Shown: positions 1 through 9,279, counted from the first letter of the stretch. The stretch is 64,000 nucleotides of DNA from an uncultured delta proteobacterium (GCA_963814585.1 CAWFDF010000008.1:224001-288000); one strand, 5' to 3'. Made by a program: numbers and translations. Notes: a model not told the origin generated them from the letters alone.

Positions 1-703
1 CCAGCTCGAAGCGCCCCTCCTTCAGGCCGATGGCGCCGGTGAAGGCCCCCTTCTCGTGGCCGAAGAGCTCCGACTCCAGCAGGGTCTCGGAGAGCGCGGC
101 GCAGTTCACCTTGATGAAGGCCTTGTCGGCGCGCGGCGACTCCTCGTGGAGCGCCTGCGCCACCAGCTCCTTGCCCGTCCCCGACTCGCCGAGGATGAGC
201 ACCGTGGCGCGCGTGGGCGCGGCCCGCTTCACCACGTCGAAGACCGCCTGCAGCTCGGGGGCCTCCCCGACGATGTTGTGGAAGCTGTACCGGTCGCGCA
301 CCCGCTCCCGGAGGTTCTGGGCGTCGCGCTGCAGCTTGAGCTTCTCGAGCGCCTTGGCCAGGACCACCTGCACGGCGCTGAAGTCGAGCGGCTTGGTGAG
401 GTAGTTCTCGGCGCCGGCCCGCATCGCCTCGACGGCGGCCTCGACCGAGGCGTACGCGGTCATCATCACGAAGACCGCGTCCGTCCCCTGCTCGCGCGCC
501 CGCCTGAGCAGCGTGATGCCGTCGAGCCGGGGCATCCGGACGTCCGCCAGCACCACCGACGGCCCGAAGCCGGGGATCAGCGCCAGCGCCTCCTCCCCGT
601 CGGCGGCCTCGAGGACCTCGTATCCTTCCTCCGCCAGCATGGTCCGGAGCGCGACGCGGGCGTTCTGCTCGTCGTCGACGACCAGGATCCAATCCTTGGA
701 CAC
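1..703 (-). CDS. Sigma-54-dependent response regulator (NtrC family), 3' end outside window
   Basis: Not in ORF track because truncated. Manual translation from GTG at 703: [16 protein letters not shown] receiver domain, then [11 protein letters not shown]alker A and [15 protein letters not shown]. Confidence 0.92.
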   Translation of the reverse strand, partial: MSKDWILVVDDEQNARVALRTMLAEEGYEVLEAADGEEALALIPGFGPSVVLADVRMPRLDGITLLRRAREQGTDAVFVMMTAYASVEAAVEAMRAGAENYLTKPLDFSAVQVVLAKALEKLKLQRDAQNLRERVRDRYSFHNIVGEAPELQAVFDVVKRAAPTRATVLILGESGTGKELVAQALHEESPRADKAFIKVNCAALSETLLESELFGHEKGAFTGAIGLKEGRFEL

Positions 704-836
704 CCTCGACACCGTGCTGGGTGTGGTCATTCGGCTCCATCACCATCGGCGCGCAAAGACTGCGTGATGGACCGTTCTATGCCCATTCTGGTGGAAAAGA
801 TCCAGCACTCTCGGCCAAATCGGAGAGGATGGGAGC

Positions 837-1520
837 TCAGGACTTTGCGCGCTCGAGATCCTGGACTGACCCGAACTGGGGATCGTGGTGGCGGCCGATG
901 CGGCCGTACGGGCGCCACTTGAACCTGGCCCCCAGTCCCTCGGCCACCTCGCGGCACTCCGGCTCCGAGAGCCCCTCCACGCCGACGACGCTGGCCGTCA
1001 CCTCGGGCAGGTGAGCCACGGCCGAGCGGATGAACGCCTTCACCGCGTCATGGGCCGCCTCACCGTACCGGCTCGGGCAGAGGCGGGCGTAGGTCTTCGC
1101 GTCGGCGGCGTTGAGGGAGACCGAGGCCGCGTCGAGGCCGGCGGCGGCCAGCTCCGGCACCACGTCGCGCCCCTCGCGCAGGCTGGCCAGGCCGTCGGTG
1201 TCCAGCCGGACCCGCTTCACCCCGGCCGCCTTGAGGCGGCGCGTGATCTCCAGCACCACCTCGAGCCGGCGCGTCGGCTCGCCGAAGCCCGTGAAGACCA
1301 CCTCGCTGCGCCCGGCCAGGCCCGCCGCCAGCGCCGCCGTCCAGACCTCCTCGAGGCCTGGATGACCCTGGAGCCGGAGGTCGAAGGGGCCGACGGTGAA
1401 GTCGTCGTCGCTGATCTTGGGGCAGAAGACGCAGGCCAGCGTGCAGGCGCTGGTGACGTTGAGGTAGAGCGCATCGCCGAGCGGATAGGCGAGGACGGGA
1501 GGTGGGGCGGGCGAGCTCAT
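837..1520 (-). CDS. TatD-associated-type radical SAM protein
   Basis: LYLNVTSACTLACVFCPK (CX3CX2C), EVVFTGFGEPT, SVSLNA; 227 aa, typical of this short radical SAM family. Confidence 0.8.
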   Translation of the reverse strand: MSSPAPPPVLAYPLGDALYLNVTSACTLACVFCPKISDDDFTVGPFDLRLQGHPGLEEVWTAALAAGLAGRSEVVFTGFGEPTRRLEVVLEITRRLKAAGVKRVRLDTDGLASLREGRDVVPELAAAGLDAASVSLNAADAKTYARLCPSRYGEAAHDAVKAFIRSAVAHLPEVTASVVGVEGLSEPECREVAEGLGARFKWRPYGRIGRHHDPQFGSVQDLERAKS

Positions 1521-1559
1521 GGTGGGCCCGCGGGTGATATCAGGGGCTCGACGCCGGCG

Positions 1560-1877
1560 CTACTCGACCGCCGGAACCTGGCCGCTGCAGCCGACGCAGT
1601 AGCGCGCCTCGGGGATCGCCCGCATCCGCTGCAGCCCCATCGGCCCCCCGCAGGCCAGGCAGCTGCCGTAGGAGCCCTGATCGATCCTCAGCAGCGCGGC
1701 GTCGATCTCGGCCAGCTCGCGGCGGGCCTCGTCGTCGGCCGGCTCCGGGAGCGCCTCGGCGTCGAACCAGTAGGCCCCCGCGGTCGCGCCCACCGCGCCC
1801 GCGGCGCGTGACTGCCGCCTCAGGCGGTGGCGGCGCGTCAGCAGGGACTCGCGGGCCTCGGATTCGAAGTGGACCAT
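1560..1877 (-). CDS. TraR/DksA family C4 zinc-finger protein
   Basis: EIDAALLRIDQGSYGSCLACG...RMRAIPEARYCVGC; ATG at 1877 chosen as start. Confidence 0.85.
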   Translation of the reverse strand: MVHFESEARESLLTRRHRLRRQSRAAGAVGATAGAYWFDAEALPEPADDEARRELAEIDAALLRIDQGSYGSCLACGGPMGLQRMRAIPEARYCVGCSGQVPAVE

Positions 1878-2023
1878 CGAGGCGAGACCAAGCACGCGGC
1901 GTGCCGCCACTTTCGGCTGCAATTCCGGGCTTCCCGTCGCGAAACCTGCGCCCTGGCATCACCTCGCGCACCGCTTGCGCGATCGCGTCGACCGGCCCGA
2001 GTTGGCCCCGGGGCCAGGCGCGA

Positions 2024-3370
2024 TCAGCCCGGCAGGGCGCGCCGGACCGTGCCGTCGACCGCGGTGTCGACCAGCGGGCCGGTCGCCAGGCGCGTGGCCG
2101 GGTCGAGGCGCCTCACCAGCGGCTTGTCCCAGCGCGCCCGGTCACGCGCCGGCACCGCCACCCGCCCCAGGCCTCCGTCGGCCAGCTCCACCAGCGTGCC
2201 GGGTGGATGGAGTCCCAGGGCGTTGACCAGCGCCTGCGCCAGCGCGGCGTGGTAGAGCCTCCCGCCGGCCTTGAGCATCGCCCCGAGGGCGTCGGCGCGG
2301 GTGACCTTGGCCCCGTAGAGCCGGATGACGTTGGCGTAGTCCTCCGCGAGTCGCAGCGCCGCTCCGCCGCCCGACGGGGGCCCCTGCGGATCGGCCAGGT
2401 CGCGGTGGTGCTCCAGCACCCCGCGCAGCCTGCGAAGCTTGGCCTCCGAGAAGCCGCGCTGGCGCAGCAGGAGCCGCGCCCCCTCGAGGGGATGGCGCGC
2501 CAGGGCCGCCGTCCCCTCCCCGACCGACGGCACCAGGTACCCGACGTCGTGGACCAGGCCGGCGATGCCGACGTCCTGGAGCAGCCCGGCGGGGAACCCG
2601 GCCGCCTTGCCGGCCAGCAGGGCCACCATGGCCACCTCGACGGCGTGGGCCGCGTGCGGCGGGCAGTCGGGGAAGCCGAGCCAGAAGGCGGGCGCCTCGA
2701 GGCCCGCGGCGAGCGCCTCGGCCACGGCTCGCCGGATGGGCAACGGGTTGAGCACCCGGCCGGCGGCGAGGTGATCCCAGCCGTCGCAGGTCAGGTCGAG
2801 CAGCAGCCGGAGGACCTGCTCCGGCGTCCGCGGCGGCGGCGCTTGCTCCGACCGGGCGGCCTGGAACCGGTAGATGCCCAGCAGCTCCACCGCGTCGAGC
2901 CCCTGGTCCAGCAGCCACTGGCCGAGCGTGCCACGCGGCCACTCCTGGGCGGGCGGGCTGGCCAGCCCCTTCACCAGGGTCCGGATCTGCGGCCCGGTGA
3001 GCGGCGAGTGGAACAGGAGCCCGCCGGTGTTGTGGCGCTTCAGCTCGGCCCCCAGGCCGGCCGCGCCCGGCCGGTCGTCGGTGCGGACGCGGATGTCGTT
3101 GAGGTAGACCTGGTCCTCGACCGTCACCAGGGTGACCGGCCCGAGCGCCTCCCCCAGCGCCGCCAGCACCCGCGCCAGCTCGGCCACCGGCGCGTCGAAG
3201 GCTTGGTTGTCCGGGCTGTGGATCCGGGTCAGCTTGAGGAGGCCGGCCACCAGCTGCACCAGGCTCTCGCCCCCCTCGCGGACCCTCTGCGCCAGCTCCC
3301 GGTCCTCTCCGGCGCGGGCGCGGCCGAGGGCACGGCCGAGGCTGGCCTGGGCCCGGGCGAGCTCATCCAT
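2024..3370 (-). CDS. HD-GYP-like domain protein (degenerate) with uncharacterised N-terminal domain
   Basis: Start MDELARAQ overlaps upstream stop; HAVEVA, GLVHDVGY, HPLEG, EHH and LHPPGTLV motifs; canonical GYP absent. Confidence 0.75.
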   Translation of the reverse strand: MDELARAQASLGRALGRARAGEDRELAQRVREGGESLVQLVAGLLKLTRIHSPDNQAFDAPVAELARVLAALGEALGPVTLVTVEDQVYLNDIRVRTDDRPGAAGLGAELKRHNTGGLLFHSPLTGPQIRTLVKGLASPPAQEWPRGTLGQWLLDQGLDAVELLGIYRFQAARSEQAPPPRTPEQVLRLLLDLTCDGWDHLAAGRVLNPLPIRRAVAEALAAGLEAPAFWLGFPDCPPHAAHAVEVAMVALLAGKAAGFPAGLLQDVGIAGLVHDVGYLVPSVGEGTAALARHPLEGARLLLRQRGFSEAKLRRLRGVLEHHRDLADPQGPPSGGGAALRLAEDYANVIRLYGAKVTRADALGAMLKAGGRLYHAALAQALVNALGLHPPGTLVELADGGLGRVAVPARDRARWDKPLVRRLDPATRLATGPLVDTAVDGTVRRALPG

Positions 3371-5048
3371 GGCGGGCCCCCAGGTGGCGGCGGCGCGCCA
3401 GCATGGCGAGGCAGTGGCGCCGGAGGGCGTCGTCGTCGACCTCCTTGACCAGCGCCTCCAGCTGGGCCAGCGCCTCGGGCGCCGGGTGGGAGGCCAGCCC
3501 CGAGGCGCCGGCGGCGCGCAGGGCGTCGTCGTGCCCGGAGCCCGAGAACGCCTTGAGCAGGCCGCGGCGCGGCTTGAGCCACTCGGCGAAGACGGACGAG
3601 GCTCGCCCCGGATCGAGCCGGGCCATGGCCGAGCCGAAGGCATCGGCCTCGGCGAACGAGCACCCCTTGCGACCAGCCAGCGCGTCGTGGACGGACTGGA
3701 AGGCGGCGGCCTTGCCGCTGCGGGCCAGCGCGCGCGCCACGCCGATGCGGACCGGCTCCCGTGGCGACTGGAGGAGTCGCAGCAGCCGCTGCACCGGCAC
3801 CTCCCCCCCGGCCGCCTCGAGCGCCTGGAGCGCGGCCACCTGCAGGCCCTCGTCCGCGTGATCGAGCAGCGCCAGCGCCGCCGGCGTCGCGAAGGCGGGG
3901 GCCCGGGCGCCGATGGCGGTGACCAGCGCGCGCGCCACCCTGGCGTCGAGCGTGGCGAGCCGCTCGACGATGGCGCCGGCGTCGGCGGGAAGCCGGGCCT
4001 CGGCGACGAGGGCGAGGACGTGACGGCGCCCCGGGTCGACCTCGGTGGCCAGCAGATCGAGGGCGGCCTGCGCGGTGACCAGCGGCACCAGGCGCTGCGC
4101 CTCGGGAGGGAGCCTGGCGCTGCCGGCCGGCACCGCCGCCAGCACCGCGTCGAGCAGCCGGGGATCGCCCAGGGTCCGGAGCAGCTCGTCGCGCAGCGGA
4201 CCGGGAGGCATCCGCGCGGCCAGCTCCGCCAGCTCCGCCAGCGGCGCCAGCGCCGCGTCGGCGATGAAGGCGTCGCGCAGCTCGACCAGGAAGAGCTGCG
4301 CCTCCCGCACCGGGACCACGCCGCGCGCGGCCTCGGCGAGCAGGAGCCCGGCCAGGCGGAGGGCGCCGGCCCCCAGCGCCTCGGCCGCCTCGCCGGCGTG
4401 GAGCGAGGCCAGGGCCTCCGCCGGCACGTCGCGCCAGGCGATGGGACCGGGAGGCGGGAGGAGCGGGAACGGCGCGTCGAAGCCGGCCGGCGCGCGGCTC
4501 CCCGCCCCCCGGGACCGGCGGGTCCGCTCGGGCTCCGGGTTGTCCTCCTCCGGCGTGAACCCCTCGACGGCCTCGAAGCCGATCCGCTGGAACTCACCCT
4601 TGCGGAGCAGCGTGATGACGTCCTCCTCCTGCTGCCGGATGCCCACGTAGCGGACGGCGAGGATCTCGAGGAAGGCCAGCAGCTCCTCCCAGGGCACGCC
4701 GGATCGGAAGGTGATGCGGCGAACGCCATCCCGGAAGAGCCGGAAGGCCAGGGACCGCTCCCGGTCCTCCTCGCGATAGACGGCCTCTCCGTCGCGCAGC
4801 AGCTCGAACGGAAGGACCTCGAGCGTCAGGTCGGCGGCGGCCGTGGCCGCCTCGGCGCGGGCCTGGTAGTCGGAGAGGAACTGCCGGACCACGGCGTTGC
4901 CGGGCGCGTAGAGCGTGAAGGAGCGCGCGGCCTTGGAGAGCGCGGAGACGAACTGCGCCGCCACCGCGCCCGGACCGCTGGTGGCCAGCGGCGCGGCGGG
5001 CCCGGCCTCCCTCGGTGAGCCACCTCTCGGCGGCATGGGCAGCGCCAT
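3363..5048 (-). CDS. HEAT-repeat protein
   Basis: C-terminal LLDHADEGLQVAALQAL / LLQSPREPVRIGVARAL helical repeats; overlaps the HD-domain gene. Confidence 0.72.
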   Translation of the reverse strand: MALPMPPRGGSPREAGPAAPLATSGPGAVAAQFVSALSKAARSFTLYAPGNAVVRQFLSDYQARAEAATAAADLTLEVLPFELLRDGEAVYREEDRERSLAFRLFRDGVRRITFRSGVPWEELLAFLEILAVRYVGIRQQEEDVITLLRKGEFQRIGFEAVEGFTPEEDNPEPERTRRSRGAGSRAPAGFDAPFPLLPPPGPIAWRDVPAEALASLHAGEAAEALGAGALRLAGLLLAEAARGVVPVREAQLFLVELRDAFIADAALAPLAELAELAARMPPGPLRDELLRTLGDPRLLDAVLAAVPAGSARLPPEAQRLVPLVTAQAALDLLATEVDPGRRHVLALVAEARLPADAGAIVERLATLDARVARALVTAIGARAPAFATPAALALLDHADEGLQVAALQALEAAGGEVPVQRLLRLLQSPREPVRIGVARALARSGKAAAFQSVHDALAGRKGCSFAEADAFGSAMARLDPGRASSVFAEWLKPRRGLLKAFSGSGHDDALRAAGASGLASHPAPEALAQLEALVKEVDDDALRRHCLAMLARRRHLGARHG

Positions 5049-5161
5049 CCGACCCCCTCCGAGGGAGTGAACCTCCCCGGCACGGGGGCGTCAAGGAAAC
5101 GGGCGTGCCGGCGGACGGGACGTGGCAGAAGCGCGCGTGCGCCAACGTGACGCAAGCGCGG

Positions 5162-5179
5162 GTGTGGAGAAATTGAACG
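5162..5179 (-). promoter_or_regulatory. Single putative binding site for the locus sigma-54 activator
   Basis: Minus strand CGTTCAATTTCTCCACAC matches 15/18 with enhancer unit CGTCGAAGTTCTCCACAC at 11605-11622. Confidence 0.4.
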
Positions 5180-5258
5180 ATGATGCCGGGCGCCGGTCGC
5201 GTGGGGTGGAGCCCAGCGCCGCGGGTCGGGGACGATCACGCTTCAGGGGGGGGGCCAC

Positions 5259-6899
5259 ATGAAGTCCACCGAAACGCCTCCCGGCCCCTCGGCCGATCTC
5301 GGGTACGAGCTCCGCTGGCGCGATCGCCTCTCCTCCAAGCTCCTGCTCTTCACCACCATGGCCGGGCTGGTGATCGTGGCGGCGTTCTTCGTCGCCGAGC
5401 TCCGCTTCGAGCGGTTCGTGGTCCAGCAGGCTGCCGAGGAGTCGGACCTGGTGGCCCAGACCGCGGCCAGCGCCATCTACCGGGCCATGCTCCTCGACCG
5501 GCGCGAGGACGCCTACCGCATCCTCGAAGACATCGGGCGGCAGCCGGGCGTCGATCGGATCCGCCTCCTCGACCACGGCGGCCGCGTCGCCTTCTCGACC
5601 GACGCCACCGAGACCGGCCGGACGCTGGACCCTCGCGGCCCGCACTGCGTGGTCTGCCACGCCGCCGGGGCGGATCGGGCCCCGGGGCTCGAGGGGCGCC
5701 GGCGCGTCGAGGAGGTCGGGGGGCAGCGCGTGCTCCAGCTGGTCGCGCCCATGCCCAACCAGCCGGCCTGCGCCGCCGCCGGCTGCCACGTCCACCCCAC
5801 CGCGGCGAGGCTCCTCGGGCTGCTCGCCGTCGATCGCTCCCTGGCCGCGGCCGATGCCCGGCTGGCTGGCTTCCGCTGGAGCTCGCTGGTGGTCGCCGCC
5901 GTGGTCGCCGCCGCCCTGGGGCTGGCCTTCTGGTGGCTGACCCACCGCCGCCTGGTCCAGCCGGTGGCTGCCCTGGTGGCGGCCACCCGCCGCGTCGCCC
6001 ATCAGGACCTGGAGCAGCCTGCGGCGCCCGACTTCGGCGGGGAGCTCGGGCTGCTGGCGGCCTCCTTCGGCGAGATGGTCCGCTCCCTGCGGGCCACCCG
6101 CGCCGAGCTGGATGCGCTCAACCAGGACCTCGAGCGCCAGGTCGAGGACCGCACCCGGGCGCTGGTCGAGACCCGCGAGCAGCTGGCGCGGGGCGAGACG
6201 CTGGCCGCCCTGGGCCGGCTCTCCGCCGCCGTCGGACACCGGCTGGGCAGCCCGCTCTCCGGCATCCTCACCATCGCCCGGAACGGCGCCCGCTCGCTCG
6301 AGGCCGGCCCCCTTCCCGACCCCGAGCGCGCCCGGCTGGCCCACGATCTCCGGCTCGTCGAGCGGGAGGCCGATCGCGCCGGCGAGGTGGTGGTGCGGCT
6401 CCTCGACTTCTCGCGCGAGCGCCCCTTCTCGGCGCAGCTCCTCGGAGCCGACTCGGTGGTCGACGAGGCGCTGGAGCTGGCCACGTCCGAGGCGAGGCTG
6501 CAGGGCATCGCCGTCACCCGGCGCAGCACGCCGACCTCTCCGCTCCTGGCCGACCGCAGCCAGCTCCGGCAGGCCGTGCTCGACACGCTGCTCCGGGCCT
6601 TCGGCGCCATGCCGGACGGCGGGCAGCTCACCGTCGAGACCGGCCCGGCCGCGAGCGGCCGCGAGGTCGAGATCGCCGTCACCGACTCGGGCCCGATGCT
6701 CCCGGCCGGGGAGCTGGGCCGCGTCTTCGAGCCCGACTTCTCGGCCACGGCGGGCGCCGGCCTCGGGCTGGCGCAGGCCCACGCCATCGCCGTCCGCCAC
6801 GGCGGGCGGCTCGAGGTCACCAGCGAGCCGGGACGAGGCACCCGGATCGCCATCCGCCTGCCGGCACCACCTGCGGCCGACGAGGGCGCCGGGCGGTGA
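5259..6899 (+). CDS. Membrane sensor histidine kinase-like protein with periplasmic c-heme motifs; degenerate kinase core
   Basis: Two TM segments, CVVCH and CAAAGCH, HAMP, H-box GHRLGSPL, DSGPM, GAGLGL. Confidence 0.85.
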   Translation: MKSTETPPGPSADLGYELRWRDRLSSKLLLFTTMAGLVIVAAFFVAELRFERFVVQQAAEESDLVAQTAASAIYRAMLLDRREDAYRILEDIGRQPGVDRIRLLDHGGRVAFSTDATETGRTLDPRGPHCVVCHAAGADRAPGLEGRRRVEEVGGQRVLQLVAPMPNQPACAAAGCHVHPTAARLLGLLAVDRSLAAADARLAGFRWSSLVVAAVVAAALGLAFWWLTHRRLVQPVAALVAATRRVAHQDLEQPAAPDFGGELGLLAASFGEMVRSLRATRAELDALNQDLERQVEDRTRALVETREQLARGETLAALGRLSAAVGHRLGSPLSGILTIARNGARSLEAGPLPDPERARLAHDLRLVEREADRAGEVVVRLLDFSRERPFSAQLLGADSVVDEALELATSEARLQGIAVTRRSTPTSPLLADRSQLRQAVLDTLLRAFGAMPDGGQLTVETGPAASGREVEIAVTDSGPMLPAGELGRVFEPDFSATAGAGLGLAQAHAIAVRHGGRLEVTSEPGRGTRIAIRLPAPPAADEGAGR

Positions 6900-6906
6900 C
6901 TCCGCG

Positions 6907-7455
6907 ATGGACCCCATCTCCATCTGCTGGATCGGGGAGCACGAGGCGGTCCCGGCGGTGATCGAGCGCGTGCGCCACGAGCTGGAGCGCGCCTACGGCG
7001 TGCCGGCGGTCCTCTGGGACCCGGCCGACCGGCCGCGCGACACCCTCGACCCGAAGCGGCGCCAGCACGCCTCCGGCAAGCTGCTGGCCTGGCTGCTCCA
7101 GGCCGCTCCACCCGGCCGGAAGGTCCTGGGGCTCACCGACCAGGACCTGTTCATCCCCATCCTCACCTACGTGTTCGGCGAGGCCCAGCTCGGCGGCCGC
7201 GTGGCGGTGGCCTCCACCGCCCGGCTCTCCGAGGACCTCGACCGCCGGGGCGAGCGACGCTTCACCGAGCGGGTCGTCAAGGAGGCGGTCCACGAGGTGG
7301 GCCACGCCTACGGCCTGGTGCACTGCAACGTCCCTCGCTGCGTCATGAGCCGCGCCGCCGGCGTCCGCGACGTCGACGAGAAGTCCGTCGAGCTCTGTCC
7401 ACGCTGTCGCCGCCGGCTCTCCGAGCCGGGGAGGAGTCCTCATGGCCTCGAATGA
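6907..7455 (+). CDS. Archaemetzincin (peptidase M54) zinc metalloprotease
   Basis: HEVGHAYGLVH zinc motif followed by CX4CXM...CPRC; DLFIPILTYVFGEAQ; ATG at 6907. Confidence 0.9.
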   Translation: MDPISICWIGEHEAVPAVIERVRHELERAYGVPAVLWDPADRPRDTLDPKRRQHASGKLLAWLLQAAPPGRKVLGLTDQDLFIPILTYVFGEAQLGGRVAVASTARLSEDLDRRGERRFTERVVKEAVHEVGHAYGLVHCNVPRCVMSRAAGVRDVDEKSVELCPRCRRRLSEPGRSPHGLE

Positions 7456-8851
7456 GCGCGTCCGCATCCTGGTGGTCGACGACGAGGAGATCGTCCGGGA
7501 GTCGCTGGCCGGCTGGCTGGACAAGGACGGCTACGCGGTCGACCAGGCGGCCGACGGGCCCTCGGCGCTGGAGAAGCTGCGCGCCCGGCCCTACTCCATC
7601 CTCATCGCCGACCTGAAGATGCCGGGCATGGACGGCCTCACCGTCCAGGTCGAGGCCCGGAAGCTGCAGCCCGCCCTGGCGGTGGTGATCATGACCGCCT
7701 ACGCCACCGTCGACACCGCCGTGACGGCCATGAAGCAGGGCGCCTTCGACTACCTCGTGAAGCCGTTCGATCCCGAGGAGTTGACGATGATGATGCAGAA
7801 GATCGTCGCCCAGCAGGAGCTGCTGCGCGAGAACGCCGTGCTCCGCAAGGCGCTGAAGAAGGAGCACCGGCTCCACGATCTCGCCTCCAAGGCCCCGGCG
7901 ATGCAGGCGGTCTTCGACCTGGCCCGCAGCGCGGCCCGCTCCAGCTCCACCATCCTCGTCCTCGGCGAGTCCGGCTCGGGCAAGGAGGTCCTGGCCCGCG
8001 CCATCCATGCCGAGAGCCCGCGCGCCGAGGGCCCGTTCGTGGAGGTCTCGTGCGCCGCGCTCACCGAGACGCTGCTGGAGTCCGAGCTCTTCGGCCACGA
8101 GAAGGGGTCCTTCACCGGCGCCACCGCGCGACGCAAGGGCAAGTTCGAGGCCGCCCACAAGGGCACCCTCTTCCTCGACGAGGTCGGCGACATCGGCCCC
8201 AAGCTCCAGCTCGACCTGCTGCGGGTGCTGGAGGAGCGCCGCTTCCAGCGGATCGGCGGCAACGAGACGGTCGAGGTGGACGTCCGCATCGTCGCCGCGA
8301 CCAACAAGGACCTGCAGCGGGCCGTGGCGGCCGGGAGCTTCCGGGAGGACCTCTTCTACCGGCTCAACGTCATCCCCATCCGCCTGCCCCCGCTCCGGGA
8401 ACGGCGCGAGGACATCCCGCTGCTGGTCGACCACTTCATCGAGCGGCTCTCGGCCGAGCTGGGACGGCCCATCGAGGGGATCTCGGCCGAGGCCATGAAC
8501 GCGCTGATGATCCAGCCCTGGCCAGGGAACGTGCGCGAGCTGCGCAACGTCCTCGAACGGGGCGCGGTCGTTGCGCGCGGGCCGCTCATCGAGCTGGAGG
8601 ACCTCGGCCTCACCACTCGAGCGGGCCCCGCCCCGGCAGGGCCACCGCCCGCAGCCGTGACCTCGCCCGATGAGTCGCTCGACGAGGTGGAGCGGCGGCA
8701 CATCGCCAGCGTGCTGGCCCACACCGGGTTCAACGTCAGCCAGTCGGCCCGGGTCCTCGGCGTCGACCGGGTCACGCTCTACAACAAGATGCGAAAGTAT
8801 GGGCTGCGGCGGGAGGGCGAGGAGGAGCCTGGCCCGCCGAGCGCCCGTTGA
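7442..8851 (+). CDS. Sigma-54-dependent response regulator (NtrC/AtoC family)
   Basis: Receiver (VVDDE, DLKMPG), GESGSGKE, GSFTGA, FREDLFYRLNV, WPGNVRELRN, C-terminal HTH. Confidence 0.95.
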   Translation: MASNERVRILVVDDEEIVRESLAGWLDKDGYAVDQAADGPSALEKLRARPYSILIADLKMPGMDGLTVQVEARKLQPALAVVIMTAYATVDTAVTAMKQGAFDYLVKPFDPEELTMMMQKIVAQQELLRENAVLRKALKKEHRLHDLASKAPAMQAVFDLARSAARSSSTILVLGESGSGKEVLARAIHAESPRAEGPFVEVSCAALTETLLESELFGHEKGSFTGATARRKGKFEAAHKGTLFLDEVGDIGPKLQLDLLRVLEERRFQRIGGNETVEVDVRIVAATNKDLQRAVAAGSFREDLFYRLNVIPIRLPPLRERREDIPLLVDHFIERLSAELGRPIEGISAEAMNALMIQPWPGNVRELRNVLERGAVVARGPLIELEDLGLTTRAGPAPAGPPPAAVTSPDESLDEVERRHIASVLAHTGFNVSQSARVLGVDRVTLYNKMRKYGLRREGEEEPGPPSAR

Positions 8852-8915
8852 GCACCGACGAAGTTCTCCACACCTTCCCCATCCGACTGTAGAGCGCCGT
8901 TGAGTTCTTCCACGC
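8843..8915 (+). promoter_or_regulatory. Upstream activator sequence, copy 1 (tandem GTAGAG-N-CTCCAC sites)
   Basis: 73-bp block repeated at 11592-11664; ends 94 bp before a -24/-12 box. Confidence 0.75.
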
Positions 8916-9008
8916 CCGCTGGCGCGCGGCGGGCGTGCGCCGGCGCGCGGCCAGCGACATCTCCCAGTGAATCCGGTCGATTCCGCGGCGGCGCCGCGCC
9001 GGGGCCGC

Positions 9009-9025
9009 TTGGCCCCATCCTTGCT
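9009..9025 (+). promoter_or_regulatory. Sigma-54 -24/-12 promoter
   Basis: TTGGCCCCATCCTTGCT (GG-N10-GC). Confidence 0.8.
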
Positions 9026-9048
9026 GAACGTCTCCCCCGGAGGCGCGA

Positions 9049-9258
9049 ATGACTTGCCCGTATCGGAAAGAGGTCTCGATGGTCTTCTGCCGGGCCTACC
9101 CGGTGAAGAAGCTGGTCCCGATCGATCGAGTCACCACCGCGAGCACCTGCGAAGGCGAGGGCTTCCGGACCTGCGCGGCCTACGCCGAGGCGGCGGGACG
9201 CAGCTGGCGAGGGAACGTGGACGAAGACGACACCCTGGAGGGGGCGGGCCATTCCTGA
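9049..9258 (+). CDS. Small 4-Cys protein (CX10CX19CX7C), putative metal/FeS-binding
   Basis: GGAGG at 9039-9043; first ORF after the sigma-54 box; MTCPYRKEVSMVFC...TCEGEGFRTC. Confidence 0.65.
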   Translation: MTCPYRKEVSMVFCRAYPVKKLVPIDRVTTASTCEGEGFRTCAAYAEAAGRSWRGNVDEDDTLEGAGHS

Positions 9259-9279
9259 ATGGACCCGAGGGAGACAGCC

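Noticed and set aside
2024..4729. 901-aa version of the HD-domain ORF (likewise the 1288-aa ORF at 54953-58819)
   Set aside because: The N-terminal extensions are off-frame overlaps with the upstream genes; real starts are at 3370 and 57460.
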